The notes under the pieces are model-generated. The model was not told the DNA's origin and made no database searches. It saw nothing but the letters and a program-made list of their open reading frames with translations. A stretch of 64,000 nucleotides of DNA from a phage: the sequence record NC_101835.1; one strand, given 5' to 3'. The position numbers and the translations under genes were made by a program. Positions 55,286-64,000 of the stretch are shown piece by piece (position 1 is the first letter of the stretch; every line of letters starts with the position of its first letter).

Positions 55286-55693
55286 ATGGAGAATCTTGCA
55301 AGTGTGAATGTCGAAATTGTTAAACTAAAGTTCTTGGGCTTTCGAGACCCTTATTCTTTAACAGCTATACTAATGGATACCCACTTCACACCGGGTAAAG
55401 AGTACACAGCCTTCCGTTATATTTGTGGAGATCACGAATCAGCTTATAGTGTGAATACAAACCTAGGCGAGGGATATTTCATCAGAGATATCACAGATCA
55501 CTTATGGGGAATGTGGGAGTTGGTGGAAGAAGAGAATAAATCCCTTCCTAAAGAGATTTGGGTGCACACCTTCCACACAGGTAAGTTTGGAGGTACGGAA
55601 CATAAGTCTATTCACTATGATGAAGAAAGTGCCATCAAACAACAAGCTGTGCTTGGTGGATCTGTAGAAAAATTTGTTAAATGCGAGGACTGA
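55286..55693 (+). CDS. hypothetical protein
   Basis: AGAGGAGA RBS. Confidence 0.5.
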   Translation: MENLASVNVEIVKLKFLGFRDPYSLTAILMDTHFTPGKEYTAFRYICGDHESAYSVNTNLGEGYFIRDITDHLWGMWELVEEENKSLPKEIWVHTFHTGKFGGTEHKSIHYDEESAIKQQAVLGGSVEKFVKCED

Positions 55694-55696
55694 GAA

Positions 55697-55897
55697 ATGG
55701 CTGATTTTTGTAAAGATTGCTCTGAAGAGTTGTTTGGCTTTGACTGCAAAGATTTGGAAGGTCTGATCACTGAGGATCAGTGGAAGGAAGGCTATGCAGC
55801 ACCTGTTATTTGTGAAGGTTGTGGCTATACCTATGTTGACCATAAAGGTAAGCGCGTCAAGCCGTCTGAAGATGGTGCATGTTGGGAGTATTACTAA
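55697..55897 (+). CDS. zinc-ribbon small protein
   Basis: CKDC ... CEGC cysteine pairs. Confidence 0.5.
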   Translation: MADFCKDCSEELFGFDCKDLEGLITEDQWKEGYAAPVICEGCGYTYVDHKGKRVKPSEDGACWEYY

Positions 55898-55902
55898 CTA
55901 TA

Positions 55903-55934
55903 AAAAGAAAGGGGCCGTTTGGCCCCTTTTTATT
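55903..55934. terminator. bidirectional rho-independent terminator
   Basis: AAAAAGAAA-GGGGCC-GTTT-GGCCCC-TTTTT between convergent genes ending at 55897 (+) and 55947 (-). Confidence 0.7.
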
Positions 55935-55946
55935 TACCCCCTCTTG

Positions 55947-58900
55947 TTAACGAGAAAAGGTTGCGTAGGCTTCTAGACGATACTGCTGGTCACCAGGGAA
56001 CATAACACCTATAGAGGCTGTCCCTAGAATCCTGCCTTCCTTTCCAGGCTCCATTCTGAACCCTACCCATCCTGAACTCCTTGCAGCCTCGATGTTGTCG
56101 CTATACCCGAAAGTGGCAAGATCGTCAACACCAGCCCCAAACAGCAACTGAAGCTGACTTCTCGGAAGCCCTATAATTTCAGGAATATACGCACCAAAGT
56201 ACACCATCTGCCCTACCTTAGGACCGCTGCCGTACTCCATCGGTTTGCTTGTAGAGAAAGTCTTCATACCAGAAGTACCTGCCGGATTAGGGTATGCCCC
56301 GTTTGTTGCTGTACCTATCCACATTCTCCACTGTGGTGCCATCTGTTTGACAGTAAAAGATGTTGAAGACGTTTTGCGCCCTGCATCATCAGTAACTACA
56401 AACTTTATGGTGACATTCCCAGTAGCTTTAAATGTTACCAGCCCTGTGGCAGCATCCACTGTTGCAATGTTGGTATTACTACTTTCCCAAGTCTTTCTAA
56501 TACCGGATACGTTGGAAGGGGTAATAGAAGGTTCCTGCATCTGCAGTTTACCACCCACAATCCCTATGCCGTTACCTGGATTATACAGCACACCAACCTC
56601 GTCTACAATGTTCCCTGCTTTGAGACTATACTTCCTTGAGAAGTTGTAGGTTCCGTTATAAGTGTGTGTCCCTGAGAAGGTGACATCTGCCTTCCCGTAA
56701 GAGATGCAAACCAAAGCATACTTCCTGTCAGGCAACGTTTCTCCAGTCTCTGGGTGAGTTTTACCCACCTGGAACACGCTCGGGTCAGTAGAGTCGTGAC
56801 TATCGCTAATGGAGCTTGGACCGCCCATCAACTGTGACAAACAATTCCTTACCCATGTCCAGTTATTATCACTGGAGAAGTCCACAGTCAAATCAAACAC
56901 AACCCACTCATTCGGCTTCCACACAGGTGTTGCAATGGACTTGCCTGCACCGCCTCCTTGGAGTGTTGCCGACTGTTCGGTGATCAGGGCCGCATAGGCC
57001 AGAGTCCCTAAACTCAGAGTCTGGCTTGCTGTCCTTACTACCTTAGAATCAGCATCTGTGAAGTTGTTGATGATTTGGAATGTGCCATAAGTGTTTTTAC
57101 AGGTAATTCTGGCGTTCAGTGTGTCAATCTTCCTCACATCTGCCATAGCAGTGTTAGACACAGAGAAGTCAGAAGCTTTAGCTGAGTTTGCCGCAACAGC
57201 AGGATCAACGTTAAGAGTTGCGTTGAACTGACAGGCAGGGGTAACCAGCAGCTTGTTATCACCTATTTGCTTCCATGAAACACTTTGAACAGGGAGATTC
57301 CATTTAATACCTGAGAAAACCTTAGCAACCCTTGGCCCCAAAGCTCCAGTCCTGTTGTCTTTACAGCACATAGACATGGTGATCGTTGACGGAGTGGCCT
57401 GACCAAATAATTGCTGTGCTTTTGCAGAGGACATGGTGTAGAAATTGTCCTTAACAAACTCATCAGCGGCTAAAGATCCATCAGCCCTCCACCACTGGAC
57501 CTGATACCCTGTTTTATCCCAGCCTCCAACCTGCTTCAAGTCCTCCCAAGAGATTTCCAGATCCCCCGTGGTAGGGTTGATTGCAGCAGTTCCTGGTGTA
57601 CCGGATGACCACAATGGGATATCAAACCACGCAGGTTTAACAGATTGCACTGCATTAGGACCTATTGCAGCAGCAAGTTGTTGACCCATCAGCACGCGAG
57701 CATCTTTCACCAGGCCCCATTCTATCATAGACCCAGAGTAACCTTCTTTCTTGTAGGCAGAGGATCCGTTCAAATGGATGAGCCTGCTGCAGTCGAAGCC
57801 ATACGCTCCACCACCGTTAGGATCTGCAAAGTTGGTTATGATTCTATCCCTAATATTTTTCCATGCCCTACCTCCAATCTCGTAGTCATGGTCATAACAT
57901 CTTTGCAACGTTGTCCAGCAAATGATTGCCATTCTTCTGCCGCCTGTGAACCCGAAAGCGCCGTCATTCAGCTCTTTCCACAGGTAACAGTTGGTTGTCC
58001 ACATAGCCCTGTGGATATTGAACCAGTTTATAGATTTGGCTGAGTTGTTCCACTGAGTCCCAGGTAATTCAGGCCACACTGCATTGACTAGCATGTCCTC
58101 TGTACCGGCATCCATTAAGAAGCCTCTTACCTTCTTGCCCATACCTACCCTGTCTTTAGCAATCCAATTGCCAAACAGTCTCAGTTTTGGACCATAAACA
58201 ACATCCTCTGGGTGCTCAAAAGAGACATACTTTAAGTAGATTGTTGGGTCACCGTAGGTGCCATCACAAACACTTTTGTGCATGTTTTCGCCAAGGTCTA
58301 GACGAAGCCCCGTCACTACTTTAGACGTGTCGGTGAATTTGTCTGTTAAGTCAAATTCATACCACCACCACCCACCACCTAGCATAAATTTCTTGCATCG
58401 CACAGCGTCTGTGTCAGATATTCTCTTATCCCCTGCAAAAGGTGAATCAGCAAACTGATAGTGCAGAGCAGTCTCAAATAGGTGGGTGGAAGTTCCGTTC
58501 TCTGCAAGAACTTGCTTACCTATCAGATCGCACTTAATGATCATCACAACACGCTTGTATCCGTTTGTTACCGGAACTTGCATAGATATGGATGTTCCAT
58601 CCATGTTCGATCTTAGATCACTCATGATGATATAGGGGTCGACAGCGTTGCCTAAAGTTTCAGGCCCTGGAATTATCTTGTATTTCTTGACCTGGCCCAT
58701 AAATCTGTCACTGGCGTAAGTTGCAGCCTCAAAACAAGAGCCACCACCAGGTAATTCTCCAGGTCCCCAGAAAAATGCCCCATAGCAGTTATAGAACCAC
58801 TTATTAGGGTCGTATTTGTTCTTGAAGGTCTGGACCTCGTTGGCCTGTTTTGTCAAGAAAACCTGCGTATCTGTAAAGATTGCAGGATTTACCCTTGCCT

Positions 58901-61583
58901 GACGCGGAGGGTAACCTGTAGTTTGGTTAAACCACAAATTACAAGAGTAATCCCTCATATAGTCATAATCAGAGTATTTGTTTACATCTTCGTTCCAACA
59001 CATGTTTAGGTTGGTACCGCCCATGCATACAATATATTCTGCGACATACTTATCACTTCTGGTAGGAATACCTATGAACCATCTGTTAACAGGCTCATCC
59101 CAAGCTGTGCGCTCATCTTTAACGCAGATAGCAATCCAGTCATGTGTTCCTGTTTTCTTGCACACATCTCGCTTCATACCGTAGTAGAACTCTTTAGTAT
59201 TCGGCTCAGGTGCATTTATCAGATAACTCCATGCCTGATTTGCATAAGTCCCATTGGTGCGCGGATCATGATCAAAGGCATACATGATGATCCTTTCCCC
59301 ACCAAGATGTTCGCCAAGAGTAACTTTGACATTCACATCGCCGTAACCGTTGCGAACAACATCTATGTTGTCAATAGAGATGCCCCTAGGGGTGTAGGCA
59401 ATTTTCAGGGAGTTATCCTCACTAGTGCCACCAAGGGTGATCCCTATGTTGTTTGTTGTCCCGTCGGCATATCTTACTGTGGCTTCCCAGCGTATTCCGA
59501 AATATCCTGCATCATGGCTAACAATTTTCAGTGTACGAGCACCAGAGTTAGGTTTTCCAGGATCAGGCCAAGGATCTGGATGTTCATGGACAGTCAACGA
59601 TGTCCCGTTTTGCTCGTTGACCTGCAACATTTTACCGCCTCTGCCGTTAGGGTTGAACTCCCACAAGGCTTGTGTTTTCACAACATTGTCATACGTGGTA
59701 CGTCTCTGATCGTAGATCTCCTGAGTCACATCGTAGGTTACAGACCCGGCATCCATTCTATGGAGTCGTACTATATACGATGTATCGCCTTCTACAGCAG
59801 GTTGAGCTGCGTTAAGCCCGAAGTATACAGTATCGTTGACATGGAACTGTTTGTTTCTACCGACAGTATGCCACTTGCCGTTGGACGGATACGCAGGAAC
59901 TATGGTGTTCCAGTTCAAAGTCCTTGTCGTATGGGTTCTGCCTGTGCCATGCTTGTCATGATAGGTTATTTTTACAGAGTACAGGCCACGTCTGTTAACA
60001 TTTCTGTTATACTGGGTAACAACAACTTCGTTGGCCCCGCCGTGGTTCCAGTTGGTGGAGAATTGGTAATTTGCATCTGTAACAACCGTACCTGCAGCAT
60101 TTACCAGTTCAATCTTGTCAATAATGAACGTAGCCCCCTCTGGCTGAGGCTTCAACTTCATCTTGACCGTGTCACCAATGTAAATATTGCTAACGCTGCT
60201 AACACCGTTAACGTCGAAAATATCCTCAACACCCCAGCTGTCTACCGGGACATTTTTATACCAATTCTCAGGAACCTCTGTGAACCCCTGGCTATTAAGT
60301 CTGCCTCCAAACAGGTTGTTAGAGCCTGCAAAACTTCCCCTTGGGATGCCTGACCACCAAAGTTTACCATTAACAACAGTAAAGGTCCCTAAGAAACCTT
60401 CTCTATGGATGCCTTGGAAATAAACACTCTCTGTCCAGCTAACTGGCAGGCGTTGCTCAACATATTTAGCTGTAGCAAGAGCTTGATAGTGGATAAAATC
60501 AGACCTAGGACTATTGTTTGCAGATTGTGCACCAATATCATTACACAAGTTGCGAGAGAATCCACGATACTGCTTGGTGCCATTATTGAAGAAAATGCCA
60601 CTTGTGCCGTACCCACGAGCCATTATTACCTCATGGGTGTAGGTGATATTCAGTTCCCGCCATGTATCATCTCCCCAAATGTTTTGACCATAAAATACGT
60701 TAACAAGCTGCTGGTCATCGGGTCTATGCATCCTCTGTGTGGCAATTATTGCCCCGTTAGGACCGCACATAAACCCTTTCCACTCCTCATCTGCAGGAAT
60801 GCCCCTCAAATCGTTACGAGTAATCTGCACAGGAGGCCAAACAAGGTCGTTTCTACTGTTATTTCTCAGAAAGTCGTATCCAGCAATCCAGAAACCTCTA
60901 GGACCACCGAAAATAACAGAGTTGTCATGCACCTCGCAGTTGATGCTTGGGTTTTTCCAAGGACCTGTTTCAGGATTTTCCGATGTCTCACCAATCTTTA
61001 CAGGGGTTGCATGCTGATTTTTGTCAACATGAAGAGAGCCGTAAGTATTATTGCCAGAGCCGTACAGGTGAAGCATACCATCAGCCTCTGGTGCAGCAAT
61101 TACCCACACTGTATTGTTTACGCCACCCATTACTTCAACAAGTCTCTCAGGATGGGTGTCCAAATGCAACCCTGTTACGATCTGTTCCGGCAAAGGTGTC
61201 CACTCTCTGACACAAACATCGTTTCCACCTGCTGCCTCCGATCCGATAAGACCAGCTGTGCAACCAATATAGAAAAATTTATTATCGAATGTGCGGATTA
61301 CAAATGCACGGTCAGCTCTCCAAACATGGTCTACGTTCCAAGCTGCCTCATTAGGATAGTTTATTGTATCAAGATCTCCAGTCCGACACTCTCCGAACCT
61401 ATTATAGCCAGTAATATTAAGCTGACCATCATCAAAAAGTATAGCTAAGCTATTTACATAGGATACTGTGTTGCTTGTACCATCACTGTTGTCTATTGGG
61501 TATGACAGAACAGCAAGTTCCTTAATTCCACCCCTCTTATCGAGGAAATGACGACCAAGTTTTAGCAAAGGGATTGGAAGCAT
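55947..61583 (-). CDS. large tail fiber/tail protein (1878 aa) with Ig-like (Big_2-type) domain
   Basis: Single ORF with GGAGAA RBS; Gly/Asn/Thr-rich; ..ITPSNVSGIRKTWESSNTNIATVDAATGLVTFKATGNVTIKFVVTDDAGRK.. Confidence 0.7.
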   Translation of the reverse strand: MLPIPLLKLGRHFLDKRGGIKELAVLSYPIDNSDGTSNTVSYVNSLAILFDDGQLNITGYNRFGECRTGDLDTINYPNEAAWNVDHVWRADRAFVIRTFDNKFFYIGCTAGLIGSEAAGGNDVCVREWTPLPEQIVTGLHLDTHPERLVEVMGGVNNTVWVIAAPEADGMLHLYGSGNNTYGSLHVDKNQHATPVKIGETSENPETGPWKNPSINCEVHDNSVIFGGPRGFWIAGYDFLRNNSRNDLVWPPVQITRNDLRGIPADEEWKGFMCGPNGAIIATQRMHRPDDQQLVNVFYGQNIWGDDTWRELNITYTHEVIMARGYGTSGIFFNNGTKQYRGFSRNLCNDIGAQSANNSPRSDFIHYQALATAKYVEQRLPVSWTESVYFQGIHREGFLGTFTVVNGKLWWSGIPRGSFAGSNNLFGGRLNSQGFTEVPENWYKNVPVDSWGVEDIFDVNGVSSVSNIYIGDTVKMKLKPQPEGATFIIDKIELVNAAGTVVTDANYQFSTNWNHGGANEVVVTQYNRNVNRRGLYSVKITYHDKHGTGRTHTTRTLNWNTIVPAYPSNGKWHTVGRNKQFHVNDTVYFGLNAAQPAVEGDTSYIVRLHRMDAGSVTYDVTQEIYDQRRTTYDNVVKTQALWEFNPNGRGGKMLQVNEQNGTSLTVHEHPDPWPDPGKPNSGARTLKIVSHDAGYFGIRWEATVRYADGTTNNIGITLGGTSEDNSLKIAYTPRGISIDNIDVVRNGYGDVNVKVTLGEHLGGERIIMYAFDHDPRTNGTYANQAWSYLINAPEPNTKEFYYGMKRDVCKKTGTHDWIAICVKDERTAWDEPVNRWFIGIPTRSDKYVAEYIVCMGGTNLNMCWNEDVNKYSDYDYMRDYSCNLWFNQTTGYPPRQARVNPAIFTDTQVFLTKQANEVQTFKNKYDPNKWFYNCYGAFFWGPGELPGGGSCFEAATYASDRFMGQVKKYKIIPGPETLGNAVDPYIIMSDLRSNMDGTSISMQVPVTNGYKRVVMIIKCDLIGKQVLAENGTSTHLFETALHYQFADSPFAGDKRISDTDAVRCKKFMLGGGWWWYEFDLTDKFTDTSKVVTGLRLDLGENMHKSVCDGTYGDPTIYLKYVSFEHPEDVVYGPKLRLFGNWIAKDRVGMGKKVRGFLMDAGTEDMLVNAVWPELPGTQWNNSAKSINWFNIHRAMWTTNCYLWKELNDGAFGFTGGRRMAIICWTTLQRCYDHDYEIGGRAWKNIRDRIITNFADPNGGGAYGFDCSRLIHLNGSSAYKKEGYSGSMIEWGLVKDARVLMGQQLAAAIGPNAVQSVKPAWFDIPLWSSGTPGTAAINPTTGDLEISWEDLKQVGGWDKTGYQVQWWRADGSLAADEFVKDNFYTMSSAKAQQLFGQATPSTITMSMCCKDNRTGALGPRVAKVFSGIKWNLPVQSVSWKQIGDNKLLVTPACQFNATLNVDPAVAANSAKASDFSVSNTAMADVRKIDTLNARITCKNTYGTFQIINNFTDADSKVVRTASQTLSLGTLAYAALITEQSATLQGGGAGKSIATPVWKPNEWVVFDLTVDFSSDNNWTWVRNCLSQLMGGPSSISDSHDSTDPSVFQVGKTHPETGETLPDRKYALVCISYGKADVTFSGTHTYNGTYNFSRKYSLKAGNIVDEVGVLYNPGNGIGIVGGKLQMQEPSITPSNVSGIRKTWESSNTNIATVDAATGLVTFKATGNVTIKFVVTDDAGRKTSSTSFTVKQMAPQWRMWIGTATNGAYPNPAGTSGMKTFSTSKPMEYGSGPKVGQMVYFGAYIPEIIGLPRSQLQLLFGAGVDDLATFGYSDNIEAARSSGWVGFRMEPGKEGRILGTASIGVMFPGDQQYRLEAYATFSR

Positions 61584-61596
61584 TGTGTTCTCCAGA

Positions 61597-61624
61597 TAAG
61601 AAAACCGCCCCGTCAGGAGCGGTT
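61597..61624 (-). terminator. rho-independent terminator
   Basis: Minus strand hairpin AACCGC-loop-GCGGTT then TTTTCTT, after stop of 61634-63379. Confidence 0.5.
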
Positions 61625-61633
61625 AGATATATA

Positions 61634-63379
61634 TTAACGTTGTGCAATTACTACGTCTACGATATCACCAACACCACAATATGTTAATTGCAGCAAGGTA
61701 ACACTATTAGCCTTGTTATTAATAACAGGCGTTGCCGACAGGATAGCATACTTATCGTGCAAAGTCACGTTGTGACCTACAGCATCCTGAATGACATAGA
61801 TAACCGCAGTGAATGGATAAGGTTTATCTTCCGCTGATGTACCAGGCCATTGTCCTATTGTAAAATCCCCTTTCGCGTGGACAACATACATACTGGCCTG
61901 CCCGTTAGGTGTCCATGTCCCACTGGACGCGTCAACCTCCTCTAAATCAAAATCTACCTTTCCTGCGTGGAAAGTAGGGGCAGTAATGGTTTTACCCGCC
62001 TCAATTTCTTGAGAGGTGGTTATCTTGCCACTGGAGTTAATGCCATTACAAACAAAGTTGACATTAGAGAAGTCTGGCAGCCACCCAGTCACTGTGCCGG
62101 ATATTTCAAGGTTGTGAAGGTAGGTGGTGCCCGTCCCTGCTGCGTTTAAACTAACATCTCCATTTACCTGCAAGTTTCTGGTAACGTTGCAGTTTTCAGA
62201 GTTTGCAGTTGTTGCAGTTAAAGTAGTGGTTGTCAGCTCGGTAATTACACCTTTGTTGGCTGTAAGCCCTTCCCCTTCAAAAGTTGCACGCTCATTGACT
62301 CTTAGGGTATTCAGAGCTATGTTTTGGATAGAGGCTGTACCTCGAATAACTACAGATCCGCCAACTTCTAAATCACCATTTATTAATGCGTCCCCCGTGC
62401 TTTCAATATAGCTAGGGTAAATCATGGTGCCATCGACAGAGTAGGTTATCCCTGTAACAGTGCCTGTCACCTCAAGGTTCTTAACCCTGGTGGTTCCATC
62501 TACCTGCAATGTCGGTTCGGTTGCTGCCTTCATGGCATTACCACGAATGTACACGTAGTCAAAAAAGTTATTACCTAGACCATCAAAATGCACATCGTTA
62601 TTATTAGCCACTGGTTTCCCAGAAGTTATAGTGTCAGCTATAACCCTGTGGGTGGACACTTCATGAGGTTGCAGCTCTGTGCTTCTCCAGTCTGCATGCT
62701 TAGGATCACTCCACGCAAAAGTAAGTGTAGAAGTATTTGCCGTGAGGATTAGGTTCCTGAAGCGTGCAGTAGAATCTGCTCCATTAACAGGCCCATGTAA
62801 GGTGAGTGTGCCACCAACTATAGTGTTAGCAAGTTCTGTAAGACCTTTTACCACCAAAGACCCTACAGTAACTTTCATTCCCTCCATGGCTTCAAATATG
62901 CTATCCACATAGTCAACAACAAACTCTGTGTTTGCTATAGACTCGGATTTGTCGTCCATTGGAGGCGTAGGTACTCGCGGGTCACCTTCGAACCTCGGAC
63001 TGTTAAGTTTTGCGTAGTATTTTGCCATTACTGCAGAATCGGTATATAATCTCCAGTTTGGAGATTGTGAAGGATCTGCTGGCATTCTAACCGGGTTAGA
63101 TTTTGATGCTGCGGGAGCGTACCACCACTGAGGGCCTGTGTCCCCTTTAAACTCGTACAGCTGGTTAAAAACTGTTGTGGATGCACCATACGCCCAAGGG
63201 ATTGGTGGCGTTTTAAAATAAAGGGTGTCAAGCATGGCTTTTCGTACCGTAGGGATGGTGGTCCCATCCTCTACGACAACTTCATCCACAGCGTTACCGT
63301 TGACAATCAGGTGCAAACGTTCAGAATCAACAATTACTTGATCTACCGCCTGCTCAAAGCTTGTCATGTCTTGCGCCAT
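61634..63379 (-). CDS. tail fiber/tail spike-like protein (581 aa)
   Basis: AAGGAGAAATC RBS; repetitive G/T/N/V-rich beta-rich sequence next to the giant tail gene. Confidence 0.6.
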   Translation of the reverse strand: MAQDMTSFEQAVDQVIVDSERLHLIVNGNAVDEVVVEDGTTIPTVRKAMLDTLYFKTPPIPWAYGASTTVFNQLYEFKGDTGPQWWYAPAASKSNPVRMPADPSQSPNWRLYTDSAVMAKYYAKLNSPRFEGDPRVPTPPMDDKSESIANTEFVVDYVDSIFEAMEGMKVTVGSLVVKGLTELANTIVGGTLTLHGPVNGADSTARFRNLILTANTSTLTFAWSDPKHADWRSTELQPHEVSTHRVIADTITSGKPVANNNDVHFDGLGNNFFDYVYIRGNAMKAATEPTLQVDGTTRVKNLEVTGTVTGITYSVDGTMIYPSYIESTGDALINGDLEVGGSVVIRGTASIQNIALNTLRVNERATFEGEGLTANKGVITELTTTTLTATTANSENCNVTRNLQVNGDVSLNAAGTGTTYLHNLEISGTVTGWLPDFSNVNFVCNGINSSGKITTSQEIEAGKTITAPTFHAGKVDFDLEEVDASSGTWTPNGQASMYVVHAKGDFTIGQWPGTSAEDKPYPFTAVIYVIQDAVGHNVTLHDKYAILSATPVINNKANSVTLLQLTYCGVGDIVDVVIAQR

Positions 63380-63388
63380 GATTTCTCC

Positions 63389-63655
63389 TTAAGCTTTTTG
63401 CTCTTCGTTTTTAACGTGGTCAGGGTGCTGGCAACCCCACCGGAGCGAGATGAATTTGCTAATAAGCTGGGGGCAAGCTACTGAAGGCGCGTATATCCAC
63501 GCATACCATTCAGGAAGCGTATCATTATACCCCATATGAATAAACACCCCAGTCATCACCGCCATGCCTATGTTCGACCATAGCTTAGATTGGGACACTT
63601 TCGTAGGGTCATCAGATGCCGCAACCAGTCCCCATAAAAACTGAGTTAGTTTCAT
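63389..63655 (-). CDS. small membrane-associated protein
   Basis: AAAGAGGGTAA RBS; one hydrophobic segment IGMAVMTGVFIHMGY. Confidence 0.45.
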   Translation of the reverse strand: MKLTQFLWGLVAASDDPTKVSQSKLWSNIGMAVMTGVFIHMGYNDTLPEWYAWIYAPSVACPQLISKFISLRWGCQHPDHVKNEEQKA

Positions 63656-63666
63656 TTACCCTCTTT

Positions 63667-64000
63667 TTAAGCATAAGATATGGTGATCCATTGACCATTT
63701 ACAAGTTTTTGGATAGCACCTGTCCAGTAATCACCTTGATAAGGGTGTTTATAAGCGTAGTTACCAGAGCACATCACATGTCCGGGGTAGACCCTTGACT
63801 CTCTGTAGGTGGTTTTGAAACGGTTTGCTATCCTTACATCATCAACCCCTCTGCTGGGCATAGGGATAGTAAGGTTACCACTACCGTCTGCGCTGTTACC
63901 ATTTACCCTACGGACCACGTTTCTTCCACCAACTGTTGCATATTGGCCCCTGACGGTTTCATCGTTACAATCAACTCTTCCACCTATTTGAGCGCTTCCA
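63667..64000 (-). CDS. structural protein, partial (5-prime end beyond window)
   Basis: Reading frame stays open to the window edge on the minus strand; track Met at 63918 is internal. Confidence 0.45.
   Translation of the reverse strand, partial: GSAQIGGRVDCNDETVRGQYATVGGRNVVRRVNGNSADGSGNLTIPMPSRGVDDVRIANRFKTTYRESRVYPGHVMCSGNYAYKHPYQGDYWTGAIQKLVNGQWITISYA

Noticed and set aside
59142-61448. Long plus-strand ORFs (403 aa and 347 aa) inside the 1878-aa tail gene
   Set aside because: Antisense shadow ORFs within a long gene; no RBS, and the sense frame has the coherent structural-protein sequence.
1-64000. T7-type phage RNA polymerase promoters (TAATACGACTCACTATAGG-like)
   Set aside because: No such 23-bp consensus seen; promoters that could be identified match host sigma70 architecture instead.

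Overview
This window reads as a contiguous segment of a tailed dsDNA bacteriophage genome with no rRNA, tRNA or CRISPR visible. It has four transcriptional blocks: (1) 47-9450, rightward array of about 30 small, mostly acidic ORFs with sigma70-like promoters and intrinsic terminators, including a ribosome hibernation factor (HPF/RaiA) homolog and two duplicated small-protein families; (2) 9451-11972, a 2.5 kb non-coding zone of convergent transcription dense in direct repeats, 10-bp iterons and inverted repeats; (3) 11973-49075, a long leftward array holding the replication module (T7-like family A DNA polymerase, gp4-like primase-helicase, Dda-like helicase, SSB-like protein) plus rIIA/rIIB, a macro-domain protein, a C5-methyltransferase-like protein, a secreted cell-wall hydrolase and a MoxR-like AAA+ ATPase, interrupted by a 1 kb repeat-rich non-coding island at 22036-23043; (4) 49218-55897 rightward (VWA/metallopeptidase protein, HAD-like protein, small unknowns), then leftward tail genes 55947-64000 including a 1878-aa tail protein. 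The most notable observation is that the DNA polymerase ORF stops exactly at motif C (..YYH) and resumes 276 nt downstream (DE..NWGDCH), with the gap carrying group I intron-like P/Q elements; a free-standing HNH-AP2 homing endonuclease gene sits immediately upstream. All functional calls are from motif recognition by eye; no database search was run.
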